In this document: positions 13,650 to 28,262 of the stretch, in pieces
How the letters are laid out: each line of letters starts with the position of its first letter
Numbering within the stretch: position 1 is the stretch's first letter
Source: Laetmonice hystrix
Lineage: Eukaryota
Reading direction: 5' to 3'
DNA: 64,000 bases
Assembly: GCA_965235115.1 (NCBI GenBank)
Contig: OZ249445.1
Span: 24,862,001-24,926,000 of the forward strand
Translations under genes and position numbers: made by a program
The notes under the pieces: generated by a model
Database searches by the model: none
What the model was told of the DNA's origin: nothing
What the model saw: the letters and a program-made list of their open reading frames with translations, nothing else

Positions 13650-16044
13650 ATCGGCAACGAAAATAACACGTAAATAAAATTAATATGATTAATGTCTGAA
13701 TGAATTAATTACTCAAATAAATAATTGAATAATTTTACACTAAAAAAACTAGAATTTATTTGGCATCACGAGTCCTAAGAAAACCTCGACGTATAGATCA
13801 CATAATCCAATTTACGTTGGTTAAAGGGTTTTGGTGTATTTAACCTTGGTAAGGTACCAATTAGTGCGTGGGAACGTTCCAGACTCTCCCGACCTTCACC
13901 TAGAACCTCCTCACCCTTCTCACCTAGAGGGAGGGTTGGCAGACTATGAAGGACGCAGACACCTGTGGGGAAGGTGTGTGGCGTCTACTGATCATCATCA
14001 CACCTGCCCGCTGTAGTTTCGGGCCCCAAAGGTCTGTCTAAAATATCGGATCTCTTAAGGGGCGAATTCCCTAAAGCGATTGTCCTTGCTACGTCAATCC
14101 GACTTTGGATTTAAAGGGGGAATTTTACTTTGTCATTTTCCCTAGCTGTTCTTCCCGGTGTCTGGAAATGGGTTTTATCATTCAATCTCAACATCAAAAA
14201 AAAGGTTCAAACGGTTTAATGGGCCAATTTTCGCAGAAGCCTGTCGTATCGGAAGAAACGCCACGACTTGGGCAGTAGTTATTTACGTTCCCCTTGACAA
14301 CAGGCTGACCATTGTTCGCCATTAGCGTTTTCACTATCACACGGAACATGTACAATACGGAACTAAAGTATTTTCGTTTAAAAATAAACCAATGGTAAGA
14401 ACAATTACGCCCGTGTTTCTCTTTAAAAAAACACACAAAATTAACAAAGTTTCAAAACGACTTAAGAGACAACTGCGACATTACGGCAGCCAACACGCCT
14501 TTTGCCGATCTTTCTATTTTTATCTTTTAACAATTAACGACTGCTTTATTCTCTCGAAGACGAACTTCAAAGTTCGCTTTTAAAATCTAACTGACGCTTA
14601 AACTGAATGACAAAGCTGTATTGATGACAAAAATTAGCTTTTGCAATTACTTTTGAATGTGTGGTAGAAATCAGTTCTTCAGAAGTGTAAACTAATAATT
14701 ATTCTTTAGAGGAGACTGTAACTTCCTGTCAAACAAGAGAAACGCCATGTTTTTTCGACGGAAATCTTTTAAAAGCAATGAGCCAATGGGAAATCTGTTC
14801 GTTTTGTTTGAAGAATTGAATTCAGTGAAGCTTTCCCTCTCCAATGCAGTCAGCGTAAGTGTGGTTTGTTCCTAAACCCTTGACTTTTGATGACTTGATA
14901 AGAAGGAATGATTTTTATAAATGCGGAGAAAACACTTCTGATTCCCCAATACGATTCCCTGACATTCAAAACTAAATATTATTAATTCAGTACTTTATTT
15001 ACACGCAAAGAAAACATTCTATTGACCTGCCATACTATAACTTTAAAACTTGATTGTAATGCATTATGTCCATAGAAAACAGGATATCTATTACTTGCTC
15101 AGGCAATCTGGTCGAAGCCATGTTAACCATCTGCCTAGTGACCCATTCCGGGTCTGGCACAAAATTAATAATAAAATCATAACTGGAGAAATTCTAATAT
15201 GAATTTGTTGGCGTGCTGCTGCCTTTAAGCCAGACAGCTAGGCTATAGTTTATGTCGGTCTGCAACTATTAGTTTTTCTCGGCGTTCGATGCGGATCGAC
15301 GATGTAAATTTTTGTTCAAAAGATTTCTTTTTGAGGGGGTGGGGTTGTTTCATTACGGGCACGAAGGCTCAACATCCTGAAAATTTTGAGAAAATTACCC
15401 CCCCCCCCCCTAAATTCACCATCTCCACCACAGCCGCCCCTCCATTAGGGGAACAGTTATCGGGCCTATCCCTGGAGTAATAACGAATTTGGACGTCATT
15501 ACTTTGAGCAGTAATCGAGGTCAAAAGTCATTATTTGTATTCAGCTGCTCTCCCACGATCTGTTAAGGCTGCTAGTTCTGTGTCAGCACCATTATGTCGT
15601 CACCACTCGTAATAATATTGATGACCTTAATGAAACCTCGGCTCTAGCTCATGTAACAACTACATTATTTTCTGAGATGGTTGCACAAGCATGGCAAAAC
15701 TTCATCATCCGGTATTCACCCTTTATAATTTAATGGAGTTACGAAACAATAGGATTACGATAAAATTACAAGAGTCAATCATTCGATTACGTCTATGTTT
15801 TACCGTCTCAATTTTAACTGATCATCCCAGGAAAAAAAACTGAAATTATTTAGCCTCACTTTCAACGTCTTCCATGTTCAAAAGACTAAAGAAAGAAAGC
15901 AGTTGTCATCAATTGAGACGCCACAAATGAAATAAACAACTAATGGCTGTGCTATAAAAAGTTAAACATCTCTCTTAAATAAATAAGTTTTAACAGGATG
16001 TGCAATGCAACCAATGCACTTCTCGGAAAGGTCACCTCAGTTAA

Positions 16045-16233
16045 AGGAAATATGTCACGGGGGTAGCGACCGTAATCTTCAGTTTTCTGCTTACCTGCTC
16101 ACCACTGACGTACTTTATGGCACTGATTGTTTTTCATATTGATTCTGTTAACACATACTACGAGGAAAAATGAATAAAACTAGCTGAAGTGTCCGCATTG
16201 TGTGGTGAATCCGCCATCTAAGTAAATAACAAA

Positions 16234-16264
<31 letters not shown>

Positions 16265-16543
16265 GTAAATAACAAATCTATAAAATGATAGTGGGACTAT
16301 AATGGCCCATCCGCTGATCATGTGAAAAGGGTGCAAAACACAGCCGGCTGTAAATCCCGGGGTCTCGGAATCTAAGTGTGTCATTTTGAGTGACTGAATT
16401 AGGAATTTGCGATTTTTTTTACAAAATACCGACCAAAGCTACATAACCAGGTAGGGGACCTTTGGGGCATATCGGAGAACGGCAATGCAGACATATTTTT
16501 GCTGAAACACGACGTATTATTTGAATTTCGTGACATATTACCT
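16045..16543. mobile_element. TTAA-targeting non-autonomous DNA transposon (Kolobok-like)
   Basis: TTAA|AGGAAATATGTCACG...CGTGACATATTACCT|TTAA; 15 bp TIR with 1 mismatch. Confidence 0.7.
16224..16275. repeat. (AAAT)n microsatellite inside a MITE
   Basis: Read directly from the sequence. Confidence 0.85.
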
Positions 16544-17074
16544 TTAATCCAAGACTTGATTCCTACGAACAAGTCAGCACAAATGGTGACCGGCCTGCAC
16601 CACTGACCCTACAGGTGGCTACGACGGCCAAGTTAACGCAATCAATCGTTGTTGTGCTACAACTCTGTATTAACTAAACCACTTCTCAAGGTCACCTCAG
16701 TGGGTGGGCTGGCGTGGGCAGGGGGATTGTTATTCCCTCATGGTAAAATTCTAACGAAATTGGGAGTCAGGGTTAGCGATAGGGAAAGGTTCTGGGGGAA
16801 GTATGGGGAGTCACACAGAGGTACGAGGGGCCTATATACATTTGTGGTCTGTCGTAATGACTTCCCAAATGACCAGGCAATTCCCAAGTCCACCACCACC
16901 TCACACCACCACCCCACCACCCACCACCACTCCCTGGACACCTTGGCAATCTACAGCTTACATTCAGTGGTAGTGCCCCCCCCCCCCCTCTTCCCCCGGC
17001 CATCAACCTGGTCCAAACGAAATAGCCGCCATTGTGGCCAATTATACAGAATTCACGTCATCTTTTGTACATCG

Positions 17075-17139
17075 CCTCCTCCTCCTCCTCCCTCTCCTCC
17101 CTCTCCTCCTCCTCCTCCTCCTCCTCCTCCTCCTCCTCC
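17075..17139. repeat. (CCT)n microsatellite
   Basis: Read directly from the sequence. Confidence 0.9.
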
Positions 17140-20100
17140 CAACTGGCACTCTTAAGGACACGTACAATGCAAAGGGTCCGTAAGCTTTACAAAGACTGAA
17201 GTTTTCCTCAGGATTATTGAGAATCACAGTATCCTTGTCTGAGCCACATCCAACCCATGCCAATCATGCAACATCAGGAACCAGGCACAATTCGATGATA
17301 TTGCCTCTCCTGTGTCCATGCTTGAGTAAGGACAAGTCGATGATCTGAACGAGGACTTTTGCCTTTGCTACATCATGTCTCCAGCAAGACGTGCATGCCT
17401 ACTAAAACATCTTCTACAAATTAAAAAGAAAATTCAAAACCATCCAGTAATGTTTTATAAATCTGCACTAAGCTCTTCTGTGACGCCAACGCCTGATGTC
17501 TGAAGTTAAGGCAGCACAAACAGCACTATTTAGTCTTTGGTTCTTGACGGTTCAACTGGCTGGCACTGCTTCAATTAAGACATTTGCAATCACAAAATGG
17601 CAAGAGCAATCACGGAATTGCATTGGCAGTCATAAAACACAGGCCGCGTTTTCAGTCTAAACAAAGAAACTCCACTGGGTTCTAAACTTCCTGCCAACAA
17701 AAATAATTATTTTTCCCAACAACCGGAAAGTAAGTGCGAACAGACATCTGCAGATTTCTATTCGGCATATAACGCCAAATCTTTAAAAGAATTTGTTTCT
17801 TAGAATGATCATTTTTATTCTTTTCAATATTCTTTTCCATGTGAATACCATTATGTTCACCGACTGAAGTTTCTCACTCTTTATTTTCCACCAAACCATA
17901 AAAATTATAATTATAATTTAAAGAACAAATATTAAAGCTCTCCTCCCATTCAAACTGACTCCCACTGTAAGTATTGTACTTATATAGCCGGGTCGGACTG
18001 AACACAGTTCTCCATTCAGTTTGTGTTATTATTGAAGTCATGACCTGTTTTTGTTTTCTATGTCCTGTAGCCTTTGTTCAATAAATCGTCTGCGGACCCA
18101 TAGCAGCCCCATGTATTCCCCCATGGTAACTTCCCCACCAAATTAGCTCTAACAGTTAGCGTCAGGGGTAGGGCTAGGATGAGATTTTTTAGGGGGGTCC
18201 CAGGACCAGGTTTAGGGGTTAGAATTAGTGTTGGGGCTGAGAATAGTGAGATATATTTTAGTTCATCCAATCAGGTTTCATGGAAATGCAACCATGGGGG
18301 ACAAGCTGTTTACATGGTTTGAGTGCACCATGGCAGTGTGTTTACGTCTGGGGTCTGGTAAAACGACCAAGTGGGATTTGTGTAATTACGTGTTTGCTAT
18401 TGGAGGCCAAATCTCGCAGCCTGGTTCGGTCTACTGGTATTATCCTCCAACACAAGATCAGGGGGCCACAGGTGTGTTATCCTGGGATGAATTAAAATTT
18501 CAGGATTAATAGCAGTCATCAAGAAAAATGTCTACATTTTTGTACAAGTAAATAAATCTACACTGCCCCTGTTGAAAATTGTCTTATATGTGCAATAAAA
18601 AGTAAAGAGGGCCGTTTAAAAGGGTTTGAAAATATTATGATCAGAAATTATAAACGTGTTTGCATACTTTCTCCTTTATGGCGAAACCATATCAGACAAA
18701 TATTAAAGATTATAGAACTACAAAACATGTAGGCTTTTTCTTGTAAGAACTCTACGCCAAACAATATATCTTATATATAGTTTAGATTCTTATGACCCCT
18801 TTAAAACATGCTAGAATATATCTTACGTTCCCATAACATCAGACCAATAAAACCCTCAACCCAACCCTTGATAGTAATTACCCCCTATAACCGCTATCCA
18901 TATTTACCCCATTCTGTGACGATTATCTGTTGGAACCATTATACCTTGGAGGATAGAAAAAAAACCAACGCGTCCTTATCGCTGTGTTTTACATTCCGGT
19001 CGAGTCTTGTAGAAATACCCGGTGAATGCTCCAGGTGGATAGACCCCCATGGTAAAATATCCACCAAATCTGGTGATCGGAACTAACAATTTATCACCGT
19101 CCCCAACCTAAACCTACACTTAATCCCTAGTCCAAAGGGGTATATTTTAAATAATTGTCCAAGACGAATGGTGAAGGTTATAATTTTCTTTTTAATTTCC
19201 AATAGTGTCTTTTAACTAAACGAAGTAATAGAAACAGTCAATACACATTGGGTTTTTATGAAGTTTAAAAATTGGTCCTATACTCAATTCGCTTCTAGGA
19301 CCGTTAGTGCAACTCCCCCCAGGTTCCTACACCCCCCCCCCCCAATGAATCCCTATCCCTGGCCTTGCTTTTAACTCACTCCTACCCGTATTTTGGTGGG
19401 AACGTTACCATGAGGGTTGTCTCGCTCCGACCTGACCAGCCTAACCCGCCGGTCACTGCTGACTATAAAGTATGCCCCCTGGCTTTGATACGGTCCTGGG
19501 AGCTGACATACCGGGGCCTGGGCCCGAACTATGTATACGTAATGATAATCTATATCATAAATCTAAACGATATTTTGTATTCATGGTCTCTAGAGTGCTC
19601 GTTTGGTCTCGAGTGACTCCAGACCCGAACCGAACGTGGATCTTAACAAACCTCTTCATTTTGCAGACGACATTTTTTCAAGTGCAGAAGAAGTTACTCG
19701 CATTTTGAGATTTTTTTAGGGGAGGGAGGGAGTTAAGCAGATAGTTAACTATATTGGAAATAGAAAATTTATTTTAACGTAATTTTCTATAATTACTTGA
19801 CCTTTTAAAGGGACATTTCATAGTAACAATAATAGAGTAGGCCTACCGGCTTTTAGAAAATACACAAATCCTATTAATATAATCTGTGTTTCCTGCAGGA
19901 CCGGCCCTTTTCTTGGGGAGGGGAGTTGAATTACTTCAGAGAGAGGGTAGCCTAGGGTAGGCATTTTGGAAAAAAGAAAATCAGAAAAACTTCGGGGAAA
20001 GTAACCCCCTACTCCTCATCCCACGGCCTGTCGAAAATCTTTAATGTTAAAAAGTCCAAAGTACACCGAAATTTTCTTACCTTACGGTAAAGCTGTGCCA

Positions 20101-20369
20101 TCTCTCCTAATTCGCACGAGTTTTAATATTCCTCTTTCGCCTCACGGTAAAAGTCCTCGTCTGTATCCAAAAGCCTTCACATTACATGATCCTTATTTTG
20201 CTGCCGCCCATCTCTCCTTGTGTAAGGGTTCAGTCAACAGAGACTTCCAGTACATAGTCTGGCCGGGGTTGGGACTTGCTGGCAGGCAAGCAGGACGTGG
20301 TGGGGAGGGGGGGGGGGAGGTTCTGAGTGCACACACACACCCTGTCACGGACAGGCAGATCAGCGATGA

Positions 20370-20587
20370 TCAAGTACAGATCAATGGTAATTCTGTCTGC
20401 TCCAAGCGCCCAGCGTCGACCTCCACCAGAAACAGCTCTGTGTTCATACGTAGAGCTAGCTCCCTATGCCTCCCTGGCGTTCGTTGATGGCAAGAACTGA
20501 ATATTGCCCGCGGCGACACTGGCGCTGCCTCTGGTGATGGGGGAGGGGGGAGTTGACCCAGCTGGCGCACGTGGGAACCCTTGTTAT

Positions 20588-20653
<66 letters not shown>

Positions 20654-20715
20654 AGACGTCCTTCACTCGGTGCTTAGTCTCTGGTTGAACATGTTGATGC
20701 CCTCCAGTCGAGAAC
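20370..20715 (-). other. Candidate exon containing the CAG repeat
   Basis: TACTAAC branch point (20738-20744), then TTTTAACATCAG|. The phase-2 frame stays open to the stop at 20370 (poly-Ser). Confidence 0.35.
20590..20652. repeat. (CTG)21 perfect triplet repeat
   Basis: 63 bp uninterrupted. Confidence 0.95.
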
Positions 20716-21396
20716 CTGATGTTAAAACAGCAGATTTGTTAGTAATCAGTATTTAGCTCCCTTCATAGTAACACGCCTCACTTGTTTCTTTCTAAATGCT
20801 GGTAGACTGACGTTTTTTCCGAGTTTTTTTCCGTTTTTTCTGGGGCACTTGGACTTACAGCCTATTTCTGCCAATTTAAAAGGTATTCCTGCTTCTCAAA
20901 AAGGACCTTTTCCCCAGAATTACTGGAAATCCTTGGAATCCCTTCTGAACTACCCCACACTCTATATAAATTTATTACAATGTAAGTCACCAGATATGTT
21001 GGGTTTAATGTTAATTTCCACAACAAATTTCCACACCACTATTAAATCAGTCAGCAAAAATTGCCTCCTTAACAAACCAAGACAAAGTGTCGTCGGTGCC
21101 ATGAACAAATGATATATCCCTTTCATCGATCTGGAATAAATACCTTTGAAGTGATGGTTGAACGGACTGAATAATTAAGGCGTTCAGCGAACTGTTATAT
21201 TGTGTTCTATAGCTGTGATATACTGATCATTAGATTCAAAGAGAATTACATATACTCTAACATGTTGGTGAGTTACCCGTTTCGTGGCGCCAGTCGTACA
21301 CTTACTAGGCCTATACTGCCTTTTGATTTTTTAGGGAAGCTTGGGGCGATTTTATTGAGGGACAATATGCATAAACAGTTTCAGAACGCAGCCTTA

Positions 21397-21621
21397 GGGA
21401 CGGACCATTTAACTTTGATGGGGGGGGGGAAGATTTAGTTTGGACAGAATATTTTTTTAGACACAATTTCAGAGCCGGAATTTTTTTTAGACATTTCAAT
21501 GCATCTCTATTCAATGACAGGGGCAGCCAAATTTTTTTTCCGGAGAAATTGGAGCCGGGAAATTATTCATAAAATCCTCCTACCCCCCCCCCCCCCCCAT
21601 CAAAGTTAAATGGTCGGCCCC
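21397..21621. mobile_element. PIF/Harbinger (Tourist-like) MITE
   Basis: TTA TSD on both sides; TIR GGG..GACCATTTAACTTTGATGGGGG. Confidence 0.75.
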
Positions 21622-24395
21622 TTAGGAGCAAAGTAAAGCTACGATCTACCGTCAGAAAAACACAAAAATTACAAAATGTTGAGTGCTTTTGCGATAGAAA
21701 ATGGAATACACCCACAAATGAGCGCAAATGATTATTAAAAGAAACTGTGATTTAATTCTTTTCTTCTTTCTCCCAACGACTCTGTCCTCAATTCCTCGCT
21801 TGAACAGAAATCTATTATTTATTATAGGCCCTTTGCCAAGACAAAGAAAGCAAATTGAGATGACACTTGAAATGGGCCGTTTTTAAGAAGATTTACAAAC
21901 TATAGGGAAAGCAATTCTCTGTCAATTGTTGCAGACTCATCTATATTTTTCCACCCCTGGTCTCATTGGGTACTCATTGTTCTTCTGAGGCTGGTCGCTG
22001 AATCATGATGTTAGGGATAGGAATGTTTTTGAGCCATTCACATTAATATTTCCACTTGCGTGTATTAAAAAATACCAAAAAAAACACAAGTTTCTTTAGC
22101 TTTCATCATAGCTGACGCCTTATGACGGCATTTGACCGTTGTTGGACATGAGACAATCCTAGCAGATCAACAAAAATGTAAAAATTATTGATTTCTTGAT
22201 TTTCCTTGTAAGATGCAAAATTCATGGAGGGATGCTTAAAAACTAAGTTCTTTCTGCGCAACTGAACTTAAACCTAATTACGGTACACCCAAGAGTACAG
22301 TCCTCCTACTAACTAAAATCATCATAAAAATGTAGTGATATAAGATTTAGCCTCGCATTTGCCCTGTCTGCATGAGAATGTGAGTACCTGGGTTCCACGA
22401 TTCTTTATTTTCCCTTGTCTTTACTAATAATATGGACCTTTGATCAACTAGCTGTAAACTGCACCATGACACGCGACACAAGCCGGTGGGCGAGCTCGCG
22501 AACGATATCCACCCACGCGCTACCTAAAGCTACCCTCTCCAATTGGTTTACTTTTACTCGGTAATAATTGCCTGTAAACACAAAGAGGCCATCCCACCAA
22601 ACAATGCGAAAAAAACAATGTGGTCCGTGCATCATCAGCGAGCTTCACATCACCTCCATCGGAATCAATATCCCTAACAGTAGATCCCCTATGGTACCGT
22701 GTCTATGAAATAATATTGGTGAGAACTAAAGATAATTACTATATTCCTGTTCCCAACCCTATCCCTAACCCCGGTCCCAAGAACCCCCTCCCTACAAAAA
22801 AAAACAATCTACCCGTATCTCCAGGCACAAACCCCTAATCTCTACCCCTATTTCATGCGGATCTTACCATGGATTAATTACTCCAACGCTTCAAGTCAGT
22901 CAAGTCACAGGATAATATAAACATATTTACATATTCATAGGATAAATTACTAGCTGAGGCAGAATTGTCGGTGTAATCTTGGCCTGAGTCAATATAAACT
23001 GTGTATTCAATCAGCCGTGCGTATTGAGAATATCTCCATGGCACGTTCATCAGCGAATATATTGAAATTCAATGACACGAACGCAGTTTCTTGTATGACT
23101 TGAATAAGTCTTGATATATATTCTGTGGTTCGGTTCTCAATCGAATGAAGGTAGAGCAGATGGCATCGAACATTATAAAAAGAACAACAGGCGCAGCTGA
23201 GGGGGCATACTGAAAGACCAACTCCACAATTTGACCTTTGAGCTAATGGAACTAGCTCCATTAGCTAATTCCTATACCTTCATTTCTTCGATGTTCCTAT
23301 GGTTTTTTTAAATACACTAATTTCGAACTAAATATTCCGGTTGGGAAATAGATTGGCCAATAATTCTAGAGTAATATTTGCGACTTCGCTCTCTACATTA
23401 CTGACATTCTAATCGAATAATCTCAGAAATAAATTTTATTGAGATGTCATAAAAGGAAGGAGCCGATTTATGCCTTTAAAACATAATTAAAGTGTAAACT
23501 TTCTACTGATTTCTTACAGAAATTATTTGTTATGGTTGTCGCCCATGTCATTTGCCAGGGTCAAACATTTGTTAAGATTTGATATTGATCCCCCAGAGAG
23601 ACCAATCGCATGACAAAGTACACCATCTGAAAAAGCAACAAGGTTTCAGAAATAAAATACAGCCAGAAAATATTTTGGGGATAACTGATTTTAAGGCTTG
23701 CAGGACGCCCTGATATTGGCTGAAGTCGGATATCGAAAGAGTGTAGAAATCACGATTACTGGACCTGCCCCTAACCCCTAACCCCCAATCTGGTGCAACG
23801 TAATGGCATGACGTATACAAACACCTTTTACACGCCCGTATTACAGGATATCAAACAAACATCTCCAAAGTTCTCCCCTCCACGGTTCGATCAATCGCTC
23901 TCCTCCATACAAGCCCCCAGCGTACCTCCTCCAGTGAGTGACCGATATCACTCCATGGCATTATGTCCTCCTCGTCCTGGGTCCAATACCAGAATACGAG
24001 TGCACCGCGCCAGCTGGCCTGCACCCACCCTTCACGATCACTCTCCACCGGGGTGTTTCCTCACGGCGCCCCAAGCCCCCACCCCCTTTCTTTTAATTGA
24101 TCTGTTCCATTCTGACCCGTCTCAGATACCCGCAGATAATTTAACCCTCACCCCCCTGTTCTGCCCCCCCCCCCGTGTGTGCCCCCAAAATTACCCCCAC
24201 CCCACCCCACCTACCTCGCCTTAATCTAATGCACGGATCCATACCGTAACAGAATACTATCGGAATCTGTCACTCAACAACCCCTACCCTAACCCTTCCA
24301 GTCCACTCCCCCATGGAAACACCCCATCAAATTGGAAGGTAGGATTAGGGACTGATGCTTGCAACTAGGATCTCCGGTGCGTTCCACTAAGCCCG

Positions 24396-24485
24396 AAAGA
24401 CGTCTTTGAAAATGATCGCTAAGCCAAAGAGGTCTTTGCCCCGCAAAGACCTCTTTCCAAAGACGTCTTTGCTAAAGACGTCTTT
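24396..24485. repeat. Cluster of five AAAGACGTCTTT-type 12-mer palindromes
   Basis: Copies at 24396, 24426, 24445, 24459 and 24474. Confidence 0.85.
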
Positions 24486-25848
24486 CGACAGTGAAACGCA
24501 GCTAACAGTGCTTAGGGTGGCTTTTTCCTCTTTCACCAAAATTTTGTGGGACGTTACCATGGGTGCCCCCTAGCGTAATGCCAGACTTTTTAAACAATGA
24601 ATGGCACGGCCGATTCTGGTGCCAGCTGCTGGCCTGCAAATGGACGCATTCAATCCAACTACTATAGAGAAACGGTAAGTCTCCCATAGTAACGTCCCAC
24701 GAAATCTAGAAGTAAGATTTTAAAAACCTTAGCCCCCAAACCTAACCCTACCCCCTAACCCTGGCCCCCACACCTCCCTTGAAAAATTATCCCCAGACCT
24801 AGCCCTTCCCTAATCATAACACATACTCTAACTTTGGTGTGGAATTTACCAAGGGGGAATTACCCCCAGAAACTGACACCTCCACCAAGTAGTACAGCAC
24901 CGGGAAAGCACTCAAATTACTCAAGGGGCCAAACTGTGAAATGGTGGGAAAACAGACTAAACTACTTAAAACACTCTTTCTCAACACCACAGACAGCTGG
25001 GTCAGACACCAACACAAAGTGTATGAACAGACCAATGGAATAAAGACATATGGATCGATGCTCCAGAATCTTTAGCACTGAAACAGAAAATAAGCCCGAT
25101 TCTACTTTTTCAAATGATGTGATGTAAAAAAAACTACACCTAGTGAATGAGTGAAAGTTTGTGTGGTTATCACGTGACAGTTAAATAAAAATAAAACCTA
25201 TTGTCACTCGGCCGGTAATATAGCCACCACAAATTGTATAAATGTTTAAAGCCACATTGGTCATTCATGAAGATACCTTGTCAATTCGTTGCAATTCATA
25301 TAAAAATGGTAATTATAAGGGGTTGATCGGAACCTCGATCTTCTTTTTGGAAACTCACGCGCACTGATCTCGGACGCTCTCGCGCAATCTCGTGTGCGGG
25401 ATGACCAGGTAGAATAGTCTACTTTTATTACAACAAATTCTTACAAACGGAATGGGAATTGCCCCTTTAAACATGTGTAAAACAAAAATAACACACACCC
25501 TGCTCCAAGCCTCCAGTTCAGCTGGCAGATCATGCTTAGGGCGTTAAAATTTTCACAGTGGTTTCCCCTATCTTCCATCTCACAGCACCTGCCATGACAT
25601 GCAAAAACTGCGTCGGTACACCTGATTTGAAGCAATGAGCAGGGCCACAAAATAGGCCATAGACTGCACTGATCTGTGGGGGCTAATTGGCGGTGATAGG
25701 GTCACAGTGAACGTGACAACGGACGTCCATACTGTGGCTAACAATGCCGTAATGAGAACATCACGTGCTGGGTTTGGTCACTGATGAAAACCTCCACCCT
25801 GCTCGGTCTGTGACGAGACCTTAGCTAATCGGTCCGGGCTGAGTGTTC

Positions 25849-26070
25849 GGGGCCGACCATTGGATAGCAAAGGGGGGGGGGAGTGATTATTTTGTTTCTT
25901 TTTTTCAATTTATTTATTTTTAGTTTATTTAGTAGATGTTGTAAAAATACTTGTTCCACCATACATGTAAAAAACATACAGGACAAAATTCTTCTTTGGT
26001 TTTAGAAGTGGAAGGAAAAATTGCAGAGACAACTCCCCCCCCCCCCCCCAATATAAAATGGTCCACCTCT
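25849..26070. mobile_element. Degenerate Harbinger-like MITE
   Basis: GGGGCCGACCATT..polyG at left and polyC..AATGGTCCACCTC at right; same design as the 21.4 and 43.5 kb MITEs. TSD unclear. Confidence 0.4.
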
Positions 26071-28124
26071 ATACGCCCTGTCCCACATCCAGCCTCCTGA
26101 CCAACGTCTCGACTGATTAAAGGGGGCAGGTTTTAAAAGACCAGTCCTATGGTATTTGTGTACTTCTGGCGTTTTATGTGTAGGGGGAGGGTGAGGCTTT
26201 ATGGGATTCAACCCCAGACTGTGACCTCCTAAAATTATTATTTTCTGTGGAAAATGACACTGCACCACTCACCCCTTTTCGACAAAAGGGAAAAAATTAA
26301 ATATCTAACCTCCAAATATCAGCACTGAGTAAAAAAAACACCTCAGCAGCTGAGAAGACCTCACACATTTCGAGCCTCAGTTCTGAAACCACTCAACCAG
26401 TACTTATAAATCTTCCATTCCCAGAGCCTGCCGTCCCCCAATGTGTCCCAATCCCCCCACATCTAACTATCATTTAGCTACCTCCCCGCTTTGTTCCGGT
26501 CACAACAGGACATCACCAGAGATCAATAGACGCTTGGCAGCCTCGCCTCTGTCTTTCTCACGTCCCCCTGGCAACCATTTGAGACGCCGGCCACCAATTT
26601 GTACCCCCCCCCCCCTCTGGAATAACTCCCCGCTTCTCCGGGTCCTAGGACCGAGTATAGAAGAATGAAAATATGTAGACTGCGACACTATTCTAGTAGT
26701 GTCTCTTTAAGACTGCTAGAATTATGTATAGCAATAACTACAGGACAAAATGCTCTGCCTTGAGGATCTACACTCTATTATAATAATGCCTTCTTTCCTT
26801 CTCCGTGGGAAATTTATTCTAGCTTAGCACCATCTTGATTTTCCAATAACATGCCTGAATGCGCTGTAATTTTAGCGTGTTCACAGATGAGGCAGGACAA
26901 CGGGCTTTCAGGCAAGTCCATTGTCGTTCAGATGCGGCTGCTATAATTATCGGGGATATTTTTAAGGATCCCTGATCAGTTTTGAGATTGAGCCCGGATC
27001 CCGCTGCGGTCTGGGGTGGCGGAAAACTCGTTTGTTTCTTTTAATAAGGGAGAGGAAAAATTATTGTACAATTCCGGTTTTAAGACCGGTCGATCTAAAA
27101 AGACTGATTGCATGCGTTAAAAGTAGTTTTGGACCCATATTATTTTCAAGACTCAAATAACCATTTTTAAAACAGAATTTTGACCTATACGAACGCAATC
27201 ATGGCTACCTCTTGATCTCATCTCTACGATCATGCCATATCTATACTTTTGATCTGACGGCTACCCATTTTCAACTCTGATCACTTGTATATTAGATGGC
27301 CCCCAACATCTGTCCCACCGATTCCCCCATCCCCGCCTGTACCAAGACGCTAACAGCATTCTGTCCAAACCAGAATGAAAAGCCCTCGCATCCTCCCTGG
27401 GACAGGGACAAATATTTGATACCGTAACAATACCTCGACAAATGACAGCCAATGCTGACTCAACATGGTCAATACGAATGTCTCATCCATTCGATGCTCC
27501 ATCACAGTAGTTGGAAGTTCACAATAAGTTGTTATTAGGTTCTTCTTGCCGGGGGAATCTCTTCATACACAATATGGTACACTGTATGGAGCCTTTGGGG
27601 GGCTATTTTCTCTTCAATCTATCAACCTGAGATTACAAGGGCTGTACTCTTGGCATGATATGTGACAATGCTTTTTTTCTCAATATTCTGAAGTCAGTCC
27701 ATGTCTTCGTCTCAGCTTAGCCCGAGTACATAGGAAAAGATCGTAAAATTGGCTACTGGAGAGTTTATTGAATGAAACTCTTTTTTATGAGAAATAATAA
27801 ATCATCCGAGTGGCCACTTTACATTTGTGTACAATGTCACCCAAGCTCTGGGAATTGTGTGGGGCACACTTATAGGATGTTGAGAATATGACCAACATCA
27901 TCCGGGTTAGATACCTCCCTCTGCTGTTTATTGTGGGTATTATTCCTCCTCAGTTGAAAAGTGCCTGGAAAAAGTGTTTTCACGGAGACGGCAATAGGGA
28001 AAGATAAAAAGATCAACAGACAACGGTTTCTGACAGACCGGCGTGTGCGAAAACAGCAACTGTTTCAATTTCGAAAATGTCGGTAATTATTCGATTTGTA
28101 AAATACAACCTGACTGTTTCTTTT

Positions 28125-28262
28125 NNNNNNNNNNNNNNNNNNNNNNNNNNNNNNNNNNNNNNNNNNNNNNNNNNNNNNNNNNNNNNNNNNNNNNNNNNNN
28201 NNNNNNNNNNNNNNNNNNNNNNNNNNNNNNNNNNNNNNNNNNNNNNNNNNNNNNNNNNNNNN
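28125..28262. other. Assembly gap (138 N)
   Basis: Run of N. Confidence 0.99.

Noticed and set aside
17263-17640. Protein-like text on both strands
   Set aside because: Multiple stops and no recognisable motif; cannot be supported without a search.
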